Source: Octopus vulgaris (Eukaryota). Taken from it: DNA of 64,000 nt. A program made the translations under genes and the position numbers. The stretch lies in contig OX597823.1 of the NCBI GenBank assembly GCA_951406725.2, positions 85,002,001 to 85,066,000 of the forward strand. Direction: 5' to 3'. The notes beneath the pieces are model-generated. The model saw only the letters and a list, made by a program, of their open reading frames with translations. It did not search any database and was not told where the DNA came from. Shown piece after piece: positions 42,606-57,286 of the stretch (the stretch's first letter is position 1; the number at the start of each line of letters is the position of its first letter).

Positions 42606-42995
42606 ATATTGTGCAAACGTACACGTGTCTGCATTTAACCTAGGAAGCGACTTTTCTTTCAAGCTCCTTATATTAAAGAGGCCGCTTTGTTCGTGTTTGA
42701 TCATCTTTCTGTATTGTAATATTTTAAACGTTTTTTCTTCTCAGTATCAGCTATGTTACATTTGCATTAAAAGCGTTCCTAAATCCTTAAAGTCAATGTC
42801 TTGAACCACCACAGTTGCAACATTAGAATTTACCGATGCTATGCTAGTAACATGACATGGAATAACTGACACAACAAGTAAAGTCGGATATAGAAAATAT
42901 AAGAATGCAAGTCCTGTACCACTTTGTGATTTGCAACACTCAATACAATATTTATTCTAATTGCTGCTTAGTATTTCACGATTATTAAAACACCC

Positions 42996-43028
<33 letters not shown>

Positions 43029-43040
43029 TGTATGTATGTA

Positions 43041-43071
<31 letters not shown>

Positions 43072-45079
43072 ATGTATGAATGTGTGTGTGTGTATGTATG
43101 TATGTATGTATGTACGTATATAAGTATGTATTTATGTGTGTATTTATGTGTAAATCAATAAGGAACAAACTCATATAGTACATGAATCGATCCAAATGCT
43201 TTGGTATGCAAGGTGAGATAATGCTTAACACCTCAGATAGGAAATATTTGTCGTAAAATCCTTTCGTAGATTAATTTTTCCTACTCTAAACCAGCCATAA
43301 GAAAGGAAATCCTGTGCGCGAAGCGAACCTAAATGCTAATTACTAAATTAGTAAATCAGCTCATAGAATAATACAAGAACAAATGGACCTACGATGGTAC
43401 AACAAATTCAACAACAGCCAAAATTGCACAGATACTTATGCATACAATGTATATCACACATGAATGCATGTATCTAAAGAGACAAAATATGACTAATTTC
43501 TCTCCATGGAGGGCTGTATAGCTTTGTTAAGCCATACATATAAATCATCAGGAACAGGAGTGTGTCAGTGTATTGTTTATTTCTCTTGAACCAGCTACAC
43601 TGTGAGGGCGAGTACGATCGGCCATTTAGGTCCTCAAACTCTCTCCTGCCTAACCGGAAGTAGTTCCTTCTCTGCGGACCAGCTCGCTAGCTAATTCACA
43701 GTGAAGGTCCCTATCTAAAGTTCTTCTGTCATGAGTCCATGGGCTGTGCCCAACAACAACAAATCATTTACATGAGAAATTACATATTCACGTCCTTATT
43801 ACATGGAGAATTATCTTTACATCTGTTTCGAAGTTTCGGTTGATGCTATAATGCATATACAAGACGGGCTTGCCTACGTTTTCCACTAACTAAGTTTTAC
43901 TTACAACGTATTTGTCGATCCAAGAGTTTAGTAGAAGACATTTAGCTCAACATGTCATGCCATCGACCAAACCCGAATCTATTTGCTTGAGAAGCGAATT
44001 TCAAAATCACTTAAGATGACACAAATGATAAGGTGTGCCGACCCAAGTCAGCGTCCATTTCTTTCGCTATAAACTTCAATCACGTAGTAATGGGATACTT
44101 GTTCGCATGGGCAACTGCCAAACTTCAACAAAGAATCATGCCAGTCCTGTGCAGATGCAAGCTCAATCCTGACCTACAAGACCCATAACCAATTATACTT
44201 TAAATAATGTTTTGTAATGTTGTTTGACCTTAGGGTGGTGGATTAACAAAGTCGTGAGAATAAAATATCTTGAAATATTTGTTCCAAATCTTTACTTTAT
44301 GTGTTCAAGTTTCACTGAGATTATCTTTGTCTTTATCGTTGAGTCGATTACATAAAGTACCAGTCAAGTACGAGGATCAGCTGCATGCCCTTGCTCTTCA
44401 AATTTGCTTATCTTCTGCCTATATTAAAGTACGTTATTGTAGTGCCCTAGATACGTTCCTATTGTGCATTGGCATACCTACACAAGCGAGCTCCACCGAA
44501 TTTGAATTTCCTCATAATTTGGAGAAAAATTGAGATTTCTGAATGAAATTGTTTATAAACACGCTTCATATGTAGATTCCTTATTACAACGGAATTTAAT
44601 ATGAAAATAAAAAATAACAAATAGAAATTGTTGGGGCCGCAAACATGTATATACCTACGCAGAAAATCTTGAAATTTTGAAAAACATTATGTATGCTTGT
44701 ATGTATGTATGTATGTATGTATGTATGTATGTATGTATGTATGTATGCATGCATGGATGGATGCATGTATGTATGCATGGATGGATGCATGTATATATGT
44801 ATGTGTGCCAAACAGTTATATTTTTCAGCTTATTTTGCTGGAAGTTATGATGAAAGAAATTGGTCGGTGAAAAGGGTACACCTGTGTAGGAATGCCAATG
44901 TATTTCTCGGTGTTTCTCGTAGTGATATCGCAACTATTATAAGAACTTTCTACTTAATTAAACCTAACTATATCACGTTTCGTTTCTTCGTTCAGAAGAG
45001 AATATGAATTTCCAGCAGTTCATCCTTATCCACAAAGATTCCGATTTGCTATTACTGCAATACTAGTTGATAGTAAAGC

Positions 45080-45897
45080 ACTGAGTTAGCAGAATCGGTA
45101 GCAGGTCGGGCGAAATGCATAGCGCTATTTCGTCTGCCGTTACGTTCTGAGTTCAAATTCGGCCGAGGTCAACTTTGCCTTTCATCCTTTCGGGGGTCGA
45201 TAAATTAAGTACCAGTTACGCACTGAGGTCGATATAATCGACTTAATCCGTTTGTCTGTCCTTGTTTGTTCCCTCTGTGTTTAGCCTCTTGTGGGTAGTA
45301 AAGTTCTTTCGTCTGTCGTTACGTTTTGACTTCAAATTCCGCAGAGGTCGACTTTGCCCTTCATCCTTTCGGAGGTCGATAAATTAATTACCAGTTGCAT
45401 ACTGGGGCGATCTAATCGACTGGCCTCCTCCCCCAAAATTTCGGGCCTTGTGCCTACTGTAGAAAAGAATCGTTAGCAAACCTGGCAAAATGTTAGTAGC
45501 ATTTCGTTAGTCTTTACGTTCTGAATTCAAATTTCTCCGAGATCGACTTTACATTTTATATTTTCGGAGTCGATAGAATAAGTACCAGTTCAGCACTGGG
45601 GTCGATGTAATCGACTTAACCCTTCTTCCGAAACTGCTGGCCTTGTGCCAAAAATAGAAACCGCTACCAATTATTATTAAGGTGGCGAGCTGGCAGAATC
45701 TTTAGTACACTTGACAAAATTCTTAGTGGCATTTGGTCCGTGTTTGCGTTCTGAGTTCAAATTTCGCTGGAGTCGACTTTAGCTTTTATCCTTCGAGGCC
45801 GATAAAAAAACAAGTACCAGATGAGCATTGGGGGTTGATGTAATCGATTTACACCCTCCTCCAAAACTCCTGGCCTTGTGCCAAAATTTGAAACTAA
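45080..45897 (+). mobile_element. Cluster of four SINE A units (dimer plus two monomers)
   Basis: Repeated acgttctgagttcaaattc...gtcgacttt...gtcgata...agtaccag. Confidence 0.9.
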
Positions 45898-46084
45898 TAT
45901 TATCTGATAGAAGGGAGTAGGGTCATCCCAAATGCGTAAAACGTTCTGTTGTCAAATACAAGCCTCCATCTTCAACTGTGCTGCATATTCACTTGGAAAA
46001 TCTATAGGTCTGAATTATGCAATATATTACGAATAAATTTGTATAGGCGGAAACTACATACAATCCCGGCGTGCAAATTGTATC

Positions 46085-46485
46085 TCTATTTACTCTATTT
46101 TACTTGTTCCAGTCTTTTGACTGTGGCCATGCTGGAGCACCGCCTTTAGTCGAGGAAATCGACCCCAGGACTTATTCTATACTTATTCTATCGGTGTCTT
46201 TTGCTGAACCGCTAAGTTACGGGGAAGTAAACGCACCAGCATCGGTTGCCAAGCAATATTGGGGGCGGGACAAACACAGACACACACACACACACACATA
46301 TATACATATATATATATATACTAAGGGCTTCTCTCAGTTTCCGCCTACCAAGTCCACTCACAAGGCTTTAATCGACCCGAGGCTATAGTAGAAGACACTT
46401 GCCCAAGGTGCCACGTAGTGGGACTGAACCTGGAACCATGTGGTTGGTAAGCAAGCTACTTACCACACAGCCACTCCTACGCCTA
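46085..46485 (-). mobile_element. SINE B, near full length
   Basis: Reverse complement begins GGCGTAGGAGTGGCTGTGTGG (A box)...GGTTCAGTCCC (B box). Confidence 0.92.
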
Positions 46486-46799
46486 TATCTATGTGTGAAA
46501 ACGTTACAGCCTTGTCACAGACTGTATTAGCGTAATTTTACCCGATAATTATTTTAAGCTTACATGCATCTACAGAATATTCGACCACATGCATGTTAGT
46601 TCAGGATCAATTAATTCAGCTGATCGAGAAGTTAAATCCTCATCGTTCAACGACGGAGATCCATCATTAGCAGACTGTGCGGACGGTTTCATTAAATTTT
46701 TTTGGCACGCTGATTATGTTGTTGTAATGTTTAATGTTGGTGACAAAGACCACATCATTTTAACTATCGATTTCCTCTTGTCAGAGTATAGTTCTGTTA

Positions 46800-46833
<34 letters not shown>

Positions 46834-47830
46834 CGATGATCGTGGTCTTAGTGGTGGTGGTGGTGGTGGTGGTGGTGAGGAGGAGGAGAAGAAGGTGAAG
46901 GAGGAGGAGGGGTGAAATAATAATAGAGCTGATGATGAGGGTGGTGATGGTGAGGAGAAGAAGGAGGTGGTGGCGGAGGAGAAGTAGGAGGAGGAGGGGG
47001 AAATAGTAATAGAGGTGATGATGATAACGATGAAGTTGGTAGTGATGATTATGAAAACGATTAGGATGACGATGACGATAGCAAAAGGAAGATGTTGTTC
47101 ATATTGCTATTGTCTTCTTGATATTCCCAGTAGTTTTTCCTGTATCTAATCTCTTCCTTAATGTCTTTCTTTTTCTTTTACTTTTCACTCTTCCTCATGT
47201 ACAACGCTGTCCTCCGCCACCACACCCTCATACTTCACCTCCTCCTTCTTTCCTCTTCCTCTTCTTCTACATCTTCTGTTGTTGTTCTTCATCTGACTTC
47301 TTCCTTTCATCCTTCTTTTCTTTTCTCCTCTTCTTCCTTTTCTTCACATCGTCTCCTTCTTCATCTATAGTTGTTATTCTTGTTCATAGCCTCATTCCAC
47401 TTTTCTTCTTCTTCTTCTTCTTCTTCTTCTCTTCTTCTCCTTCTCCCCCACCTCCTTCTTCGTTTTTTGTTCTTCCTTTCCATGTCCCTCTCCAACACAT
47501 CCACCTCCTCTTCTTCCTTTTTTGTTCTTCCCCTCAATCTCGCCCTCCTCTTCTTCATACTATACCACCCCCGTCTTCTGCCTCCTCCTTCTTCTCCCTT
47601 CTCCCAGCTCTTCCCCTTCCTCTCCACCTCCTCCTCCTCCACCACCCCATTCATACCCATCTACTCCATACCTACGTCCCCTCCCCTCCTCCCCTTCACC
47701 TCCTCCTCTTCCTCCTTCTGCTCCTCCTACCCCTCCTTATCCCCTCCCCACCCCATTCCCATCACCCTCACCCTCACCCTCACCGTCCTCCTCCTGCTCC
47801 TCTTCCTCCCTTTTCCTTGTTTTTCGTTTC
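46800..47830. repeat. Low-complexity: (GAT)/(GGT)/(GGA)-rich block, then ~700-bp C/T-rich tract
   Basis: Direct reading. Confidence 0.9.
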
Positions 47831-48540
47831 CGTCGCCATTGTTGCATTTGCCGTTATTGTCGTCAGCCATTATCCTTTACATAGATTCAAGTAAATTAGT
47901 TTTGAATTTATTGCTATCATAGTTAACCTGTTGAGTCTATTTTTCCCAGCCCCTCCTCATAATTACGCTTTTATTCCGTTTGTGTCCTGTGGTGTTTGAA
48001 TATTATAAATCTTTTATATAGATTCGATGCAGTCTTTCTATATAACTAGTCAACGTAGGACAGAATCATTGATTTTGTAAGCAATGTTCACTTCGTTACA
48101 ACGGTTAAGTTTATGGATGGTCTCATCTGTTATTTGCGCTCCGCTCATCGATTATCTGTTCTTTGTACAGTTTCTCTATTATGTAATTGTTATGTCAAAG
48201 TTCATCTCCAAGTAACATTATTTTACAAGAATTGTTCTTTTATTCTAAAGTGTTTCATTAGAAGCACATACTTAAAACAAGCTTTTTCTAAGTGTATTTT
48301 ATAACTATGGGATTATGAAACAACAATAAGTTTCTATTAGCTACTAAGATAATAAGATTTGTTCATCATGGGGAGAAAATGTTCATTATATTTATTGTCT
48401 ATCTGGATAATGATATGGATGTACGCATGGATGCACGGGTGCTGCTGTGTATGCTGGTATATATGTTTGTATATGTATGTACATCAGTCTGTGTGTGTGA
48501 GTATATATATATAGATGAATATATATGTATACACACACAA

Positions 48541-48571
<31 letters not shown>

Positions 48572-48884
48572 AGCACACACACATACACACACATGTATGT
48601 AAGTATATATATATATATATGTAATAAATATATATATACATGATATATATGCATATAAATATATATATATATATACATACATATACATGTATATATATAC
48701 ATATATGTATACCTGCCTCTGTGTGTGATAGTGTGTATATTAAGCACATGCACATACTCTTGTATGGTATATATATATATATAGATATATATATATACAT
48801 AAATACATACTTACGCATATGCTTACAATAACGTATATCTGAGCATCCGTGCGTATATATGTATGCATGTGTGTGTATATGTGC

Positions 48885-48922
<38 letters not shown>

Positions 48923-49341
48923 GTACGAATACAAGCATACACATATATATACATATGAATCTATGTGCACATCCATGTGTGTGTTTGTATAAGCATACAT
49001 ACATAAACACATACTTACATACGTGCAAAAATACATACACGTATACGTAGGTATGTTCGTGGATACATGCATACATGTATAGACACATATATGTGTTTGC
49101 GTGCAAACATGTGTGTGTGTGTGTCTGTATGTATGTGCAAGTGTGTGCCCGCACGTATGTGTATGTGTGTGTGTCTGCATTAAATGAAAATAGAAAGATT
49201 GGTTATTTTTCCAGTCTATTATAGAAATATACAAGCAGAAACCTCATCGATATATACGTACCAGACGTACAGGCATAGGAACATTCTGCAAGTTAAACAT
49301 AACACTCGCAAACTAATACACACAATATATAAATATACACT

Positions 49342-49400
<59 letters not shown>

Positions 49401-49547
49401 GTATATATAAATCCTTAGTTAAATATATTCAATGAGAATATATACTGAATATATAGGTTGGGTGCTCTATTGTATCAAAGTATTAATACTATTGAAGTAT
49501 TTATGTATTTAATACCAGCGATTATATATATTTTATAACATATTATA

Positions 49548-49579
<32 letters not shown>

Positions 49580-49704
49580 GCACATACATACATGCATACA
49601 AGTGTGTGAGTGTTTATGTATGTGTATCTATGTAATTTATGTATTAATATGTATATAAATTTATGAACATAATGTATATTAATTAATAGCGCATTATAGA
49701 GTAT

Positions 49705-50190
49705 ACTCTTTTACTCTTTTACTTGTTTCACTCATTTGACTGCGACCATGCTGACGCACCGCCTTTAGTCGAGCAAATCTACCCCAGGCCTTATTCTTTG
49801 TAAGCCTAGTACTTATTCTATCGGGTTCTTTTGCGTGGTAAGTAGCTTGCTTGCGAACCACATGGTTCCTGCTTCAGTCCCACTGCATGGCACCGTGGGC
49901 AAGTGTCTTCTGCTATGGCGTCGGGCTGACAAAAGCCTTGTGAGTGGATTTGGTAGACGGAAACTAAAAGAAGCCCGTCGTAAATATGTATATATATATA
50001 AAGTATATATATATATATATATATCGCTTGACAACCGATACTGGTGTGTTTATGTCCCCGTAGTTTAGGCAAAAGAGACCGATAGAATAAGTACTAGGCT
50101 TAGATAGAATAAGTCCTGGGATCGATTTCCTCGACTAAAGTCGGTGCTCCTGCATGGCCACAGTCAAATAACTGAAACAAGTAAAATACT
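49705..50190. mobile_element. SINE B tail (-) fused to a SINE B (+)
   Basis: Orientation switch near 49833; 49705-49830 is complementary to the 50067-50190 tail. Confidence 0.85.
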
Positions 50191-50247
50191 AAAACAACAT
50201 ATATATACATATACATACGTATGTGTATATGCATGAAATTCGTGTAA

Positions 50248-50586
50248 TACGAGGTCTGATCAAGAAGTATCCGGACTGTTGGCATAGTAACGAGGCTAAA
50301 GCACACAGAGCGAAGCCGCTTCGCATACATTAATTTTGAACTCTGCTCTACCTGCGCACTAAGTTCTAACGTTCTTGGAGACCCGCAATCAGCAGAACTG
50401 TGAGTTGAAATCCTTGAATCACCATCTGTGAGTTATCAGAGGATGTGCAGATTAGTTACCGTTCAGTTCAGTCCATTCTCACTGAAGATTTGGGTATGAG
50501 ACGCGTCTCTGTCAAGTTTGTGCCAAAACTGTTTTCAGCTGACCAAGAAGAAACTCGGATTTCATTTGCAAAACATCTCCTTGATT
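50248..50586 (+). mobile_element. Mariner 5' fragment (TIR plus transposase HTH region)
   Basis: TA-CGAGGTCTGATCAAGAAGTATCCGGACT; SVQSILTEDLGMRRVSVKFVPKL (WVPHEL-equivalent). Confidence 0.85.
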
Positions 50587-50589
50587 CTT

Positions 50590-51045
50590 TTACACTAGGC
50601 ATCCGTTGGTCTCGAGAGGCCATGGATCTGCGTTCGAAGAAATCGTTTGAGCTGCTGATATTGATGCAGCGTTTGTTGCTACCGCACAGGCCCACAGGGG
50701 TTTGGCAGTCGCGCATGTAATGAATGCATTTGAAGGCGCTCTCTGCCGGTGCTACTGGTTTTTCCTTGCATCAAGCGCGCTTTACTTTGGTGTCGAGTTC
50801 CTGTTTTTTTTTCTGCTAGCTTCATCTTCTCTCGTAGTATTTGTCGCCAGCGTGGGCGATTATTTGCAACCGACTCCCATCTCTGGACGTCCAGATCAAT
50901 CGACGTCATATCCTTCTTACGGATGTCCTTGAAAAGAAGATGAGGTCGTACTCGTGCTCTTGTGCCGGTGGCCAATTGCCCATGCAGAAGGTCTTTTGGA
51001 ATCCTTCTGTCCGGCATTGGATGTACAGGGCCGAGCCTGTGCCAT
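50590..51045 (-). mobile_element. 3' fragment of an RTE-clade LINE
   Basis: LGPVHPMPDRRIPKDLLHGQLATGTRARVRP..KDIRKKDM..WESVANNRPRWR, followed by a decayed terminal zinc finger. Confidence 0.9.
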
Positions 51046-51453
51046 GTATATGTATATATATATACAGGCATGTGTGTATATATGTATATGTAAACCTTTT
51101 TTTATTTATTTTATCTTTTACTTGTTTAGTCATTATACGGTGACCATGCTGGGGTATATATAGGTATAGTGCAAAGCAGAACAATAAGACTAATTTTACA
51201 CATATATTTTAATATTTAGCAAGTGAGTTTCGTGCGTTGTCACAAATGAAATAAATACAAATGCACGAAAATCTCGGGCCTTGAACCACTTTGTTGCTAC
51301 TACTAAAGATATATACATATGTGTGTGTGTGTACATGTGTATGTGTGTGTCTGTATATGTGTGCGTATGAATGCCGGTATGTATGAACATGATATTTAGA
51401 GTAAATGATAGAAAGATAGATACACAGGAAGAGAGACAGACAGATATATGGAT

Positions 51454-51497
<44 letters not shown>

Positions 51498-51515
51498 GGA
51501 TAGATGGTTAGATAG

Positions 51516-51595
<80 letters not shown>

Positions 51596-51775
51596 GAAGA
51601 CACTTAGAAGTCAATATAAAACGTGGTAATTATGGGACGAATGTTATAGGACAAAAGAAAACATATATGAGGGAACAAACGGCACTCGAACTTGATTAAG
51701 ACGTGTCACCTAGGGACCAACCAAAGCCTTGTGAGTAGATTTGGTAGACACAAACTTAAGAATTATATATATATA

Positions 51776-51838
<63 letters not shown>

Positions 51839-51854
51839 GTAATAAATGAATAAA

Positions 51855-52102
51855 GGCGCCCTTTTAAAGCCTAGCTAGGCTCATGGGCCCAGGTTCCCGG
51901 TTTCTATGGCGTATGCGTTGGCCAGCTGGACGGAACGCCAGTCCATCGCAGCGTTACTCATTTTTGTCAGCTGAGTGGACTGGAGGAACGTGAAATGAAG
52001 TGTTTTGCTCAAGAACACAACGCGTGGCCCGGTCCAGAATTCGAAACCACAATCTTACGATCATGATGCTGATACCCTAATCAGTAAGCCACGCGCCTCC
52101 AC
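51855..52102 (-). mobile_element. SINE C, body Y + tail 1
   Basis: tRNA-like head; reverse complement CTGCGATGGACTGGCGTTCCGTCCAG. Confidence 0.85.
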
Positions 52103-52130
52103 ACACAGACACACGCATATACATACATAC

Positions 52131-52182
<52 letters not shown>

Positions 52183-52297
52183 TTATATACTATTATATAT
52201 ATATCTATATATACTAATATATTTATATATATATTTATACATTATATATATATATTTATATACTATTATATATATCTATATATATACTATTATATAT

Positions 52298-52335
<38 letters not shown>

Positions 52336-52384
52336 TACATACACACACACACATATATACATACACACAGGCATGACATATTTA

Positions 52385-52620
52385 TGTGTGTATGTCTTTG
52401 TGTCTGTGTTTGTCCCCTATCACCATGGCTTAACAACCGATGTTCGTTGATTTACATCCATGTAACTTTACGGTTCGGTACAAGAGACTGATAGAATAAC
52501 TACTAGGCTTACAAAGAGTAAGTCCTGGGATCGATTTCTTCGACAAAAAAACATCCATTAAAACGGTATTCCAGCATGGCGACAGTCAGATGCCTGAAAC
52601 AAGGAAGCGAGTAAAAGAAT
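52385..52620 (+). mobile_element. SINE B 3' half
   Basis: acaaccgatg...aagtcctggga...ccagcatggcgacagtca. Confidence 0.8.
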
Positions 52621-52767
52621 ATATTTACACACACACTCACCCATACATATATGTATATCAAACGATAAATGATACTGTAATCGTGAGTGTGTGTGTGTGT
52701 GTGTTTGCGTGTGTGGATATGTAGCTGTTGCGAGTTCCTATATACATGCATCTTTCATTCCCAAACG

Positions 52768-52802
<35 letters not shown>

Positions 52803-53177
52803 CCTCTGTTTAAACGTCTACATATTTGTTTATATTTGTACTTGCATTGTAAGGGTACAACAGATTAGCTGAAGGACAACAGAGAAGTTTGATTATCCAA
52901 AACATTACACCCATATCATCAGAAAATCTAAACAAACACCACATTTATTAAAATAATAAAAATATAATATTAAGAACTTGCTAAATGTTTAAAGTATAAC
53001 CTTTATCTAAAGTATATTTTCACCGAGTTTATATGATATATATTATTCAAATCCAACTGCGTGATGTGGTATTGAATATTCTGACGTATAAATAGATCGT
53101 GCATACACATGAGAATGAGTGTGAAGAGTAAATTCACACAAACGCTTGTAATTTTTTTATATGTGCCTTTTTCTATC

Positions 53178-53179
53178 TG

Positions 53180-53272
<93 letters not shown>

Positions 53273-53283
53273 ATATATATATA

Positions 53284-53369
<86 letters not shown>

Positions 53370-53370
53370 C

Positions 53371-53408
<38 letters not shown>

Positions 53409-53409
53409 A

Positions 53410-53464
<55 letters not shown>
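53178..53464. repeat. (TATC)n tetranucleotide microsatellite
   Basis: Direct reading; source of the YLSI ORFs. Confidence 0.95.
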
Positions 53465-53465
<1 letters not shown>

Positions 53466-53659
53466 GTTTATGCTTCGACATGCACACATTCTGATAAGAA
53501 TACTAGTACGTGTGTGCTTGGTGTGAAAATTTGTGTGTATGCGTTTGCATGCGATATTTCGCATTCAGGTTTTGCTACATGCGCCCACACAGTGAAGTAT
53601 ACTGTATGCCTATGTTAGCAGACAATAAAAACGATATAGAAATACACCTACCTACATAA

Positions 53660-53743
<84 letters not shown>

Positions 53744-54246
53744 ACACACATATTTAAGCATCAGTTTGTGATTGTGTGTGTGCGCGTGTCTGCGTGTGTG
53801 ATGATAGCAGCAGAGGTACCATTAATGATTCAAATTCCGGTAAACATCAAGAGCCGAGTTCCCGCCGCCCGATCACAGTTGTCTCCAGAAGGCAGCATCT
53901 ATCGTACAAAACATCCATCTGTCATTTGTCACAACCTAACGATTAACCACAAGACATGCTTTCATTTATTTTTGATTCGCTTCCATTTCATCATTCTTTT
54001 ACTTTTTTTCACAGTTTTTTTACACACACACACACGTCCCTACTTCTCTCTATGTAGTGTTCGGATTCATGTGTGTACGCTCTCGTATTAATCTATATTT
54101 TTTTTAATCGTTTGTGTTGCAACTTATTTAATTTTATTCCATTTATTTTTTGATAATTTATAACACGTGCTATATGAGGTTTTATCGTAATGCTATTTAA
54201 GTTCTCTTTATCTCGCTTTCAATACCACCTCACTCTCTGTCCGTCA

Positions 54247-54323
<77 letters not shown>

Positions 54324-54430
54324 CCTCTCTCTCTATATATACACCTGTATGTTATGACCTTTATACGTGTATATATATATATGTATAAATGTATCTATGT
54401 ATTTATGTATATCTATCTATCTATTTAATG

Positions 54431-54461
<31 letters not shown>

Positions 54462-54622
54462 CGAGAATATGCATGGATATGAATATATGAATATATGAAC
54501 ATATGAATTTATATATGTATAAGCATATGTGTGCATGTGTGTGTGTGTGAGTGTGTGTAATGGCCGATCGATGTACACATATGAGAATATACACACTATT
54601 TATATGTAAACATATAGACAGA

Positions 54623-54671
<49 letters not shown>

Positions 54672-54806
54672 GTATGTATGTGTGTTTCTCTGTGTGTATG
54701 TATTATATGAATATATGTTTACGTAAACGTATGCGATTTCCTATATATCTACATCTATATGAATATATACACACACACACATCTATAGACACATATGTGT
54801 GTGTAC

Positions 54807-54859
<53 letters not shown>

Positions 54860-55168
54860 TATATGTCCATTTATCTATCTACCTATCTATATATCTTTAT
54901 CCCTTCATAATCATTTATATATTTTATATTTATCTGTCAGCATGTATGCTTCTGACGAGCATTTTTACTGCATACACCAACCAATTATTGCTGGGTTCCT
55001 TCGGGGCATTCTCAATAATTGATACCATAAACATTATCTAATTTGTTGTAAAGCATCCTTATATACTTACACTGATAATTTTTTTTACGTGTATATCGAC
55101 ACTAAAATGGTTTATACTTGCTATTTTTCTTGAATATATCCACCTTGTTTGTTTAGCAACTTTCAGAA

Positions 55169-55202
<34 letters not shown>

Positions 55203-55374
55203 TACTTTTCAACATGTCTTTTTTATTATCTCTTCTTTCTATCATCCTTTTTCCCTTTCTTCATCAAGTCTTTTTAGTTCTTCGTTAAGATATTTGCTAT
55301 TTCGTTCCATTCCCAAAACGCTATTATATATTCTTTAATATTTTATTAGTAAACGTTGATTCATGTATCCGTCT

Positions 55375-55417
<43 letters not shown>

Positions 55418-55421
55418 ATAA

Positions 55422-55505
<84 letters not shown>

Positions 55506-55756
55506 GCATCCTTATTTGCTAATGAAGTTGGTTACTTGCAATTTATCTCCCCTTTTTAGTCACTATTGGAATTATTGTTTTTCATTTATTTCTTATTTAT
55601 TCATGATGTTTCTCTTCATATATTTATTTGGTATCGAATTATGTTTTTTATTAAATATATTGTTAACTATCCTTTCGGCGTAATATTGAGGCAAATTATT
55701 CCTCGGTTAACAACACATTAATGATGATGATATTAATAGTAATAATATTAATAATG

Positions 55757-55821
<65 letters not shown>

Positions 55822-56659
55822 TATAAGAATAATAATAATGATATGTATCTATCACTTTCTCTCTCTCTCTCTATATATATACATATATATATACATTTAT
55901 ATATATATATGTATTTGTATACATTCTTAGGTGCATAATCACACACATGTGTATATATGTATGCACACACACACACACACACATATATATACAGGGATAT
56001 CTAATTATATAAATACTATATATGATACTACGCATGTATGCACGTGTATATATGTATATAAGTATATATTTATATACATATATATATACTTCATAGATAT
56101 ATATATTTATACACATACAGACACACACACACATATATATGTATATGTATATGTATATATATATAAAAAAAAATATATATATATATGTATAATTAGATGT
56201 ATACTTATATAGCTATATGATGCTTTTATGGTTATGAATAAACCTAAAACTTTTAACATTATTGTTTGTTTTTGCTTATCCTGCTTTATTGTAGTTCTAC
56301 TTCATTTTATATTATCCATCCATTTTCGTTTGAAAAATACTCCACCATTAACTTCCTAACGAGGAGAATATCAAGTGCAACTGAAGTCTTTATTTGTGTC
56401 CACATTTCTTATCAGAACAATTTGAATGATATATCTATGATAACTATACATCTTCATGCTTTCCTCAATAATGAGCCAATGACCCATTCTTCTATGTGGC
56501 CCTTGTATTAGCTAGAAATAGCAGTTTAATTTCTATTGTATAATAACCTGTTCTTTCAAATATTTTAGGAGTAGCTGGGATATATCGACGCTGAATTAAC
56601 TATTAAAAATAATAAGCACATACTTATCACATCGAGGATTCTTGATCTCTACTAAATAT

Positions 56660-57033
56660 CGTGGCACTCCGTCGGTTACGACGACGAGGGTTTCAGTTGA
56701 CCCGAGCAACGGAACTACATGTTCGTTAAATTAGCCTGCAAATGCCTGAGCACTCCACAGATAGGTGTACCCTTAACATAGTTCTCGGGGGGATTCAACG
56801 TGACACAGCGTGACAAGGCCGGTCCTTTGAAATACAGGTTCAGCAGGAGAAAGAGTGAGAGAAAGTTGTGGGGAAAGTGTACAGCAGGTTTCGCCACCAC
56901 CCCTTGCCAGATCCTCGTTGAGCTCTAGGTGTTTTCGCTTAATAAACACTCACAACGCCCGGTCTGAGAATTGAAACCGCAATCATACGACCGCGAGTCT
57001 GCTACCCTAACCACTGGGCCATTGCACCTCCAC
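56660..57033 (-). mobile_element. SINE C, body X + tail 2
   Basis: Shares gcaggagaaagagtgagagaaag..taaacac.cac..cgcccggtctgaga with 1093-1393, and its tail with 61693-62015. Confidence 0.85.
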
Positions 57034-57229
57034 ACTAAGTATACAAGTAGATGTGTTACGCAAGTTTAATTCTGAGGCTTGGCAATGAAAAAAAGGGGGA
57101 GAACACTTTTGAAACATATATAAAGTGGAAATATTCAAAAATAAACAATATTTTCCATCTTACTGTTAGTTATCTTTCATTTTGAAAACAGAAATTATTT
57201 CATGGTTTATTATTGTGAATTCTATATAT

Positions 57230-57286
57230 GAAGGCACCAACATATTTTAAGTGCTTAGGGCCTCTGTGGATCTTAATTCGGCCCTG
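57230..57286. mobile_element. Possible orphan hAT-type terminus
   Basis: Ends gggcctctgtggatcttaattcggccctg (reverse complement CAGGGCCGAATTAAG); partner TIR not found. Confidence 0.35.

Noticed and set aside
46589-46915. 108-aa ORF and its antisense frame as a real exon
   Set aside because: Half is simple repeat, the antisense frame has an internal stop, and splice signals are unconvincing.
47118-47922. Long Pro/Ser/Phe-rich ORFs
   Set aside because: A C/T-rich tract rarely encodes stops; low-complexity artefact.
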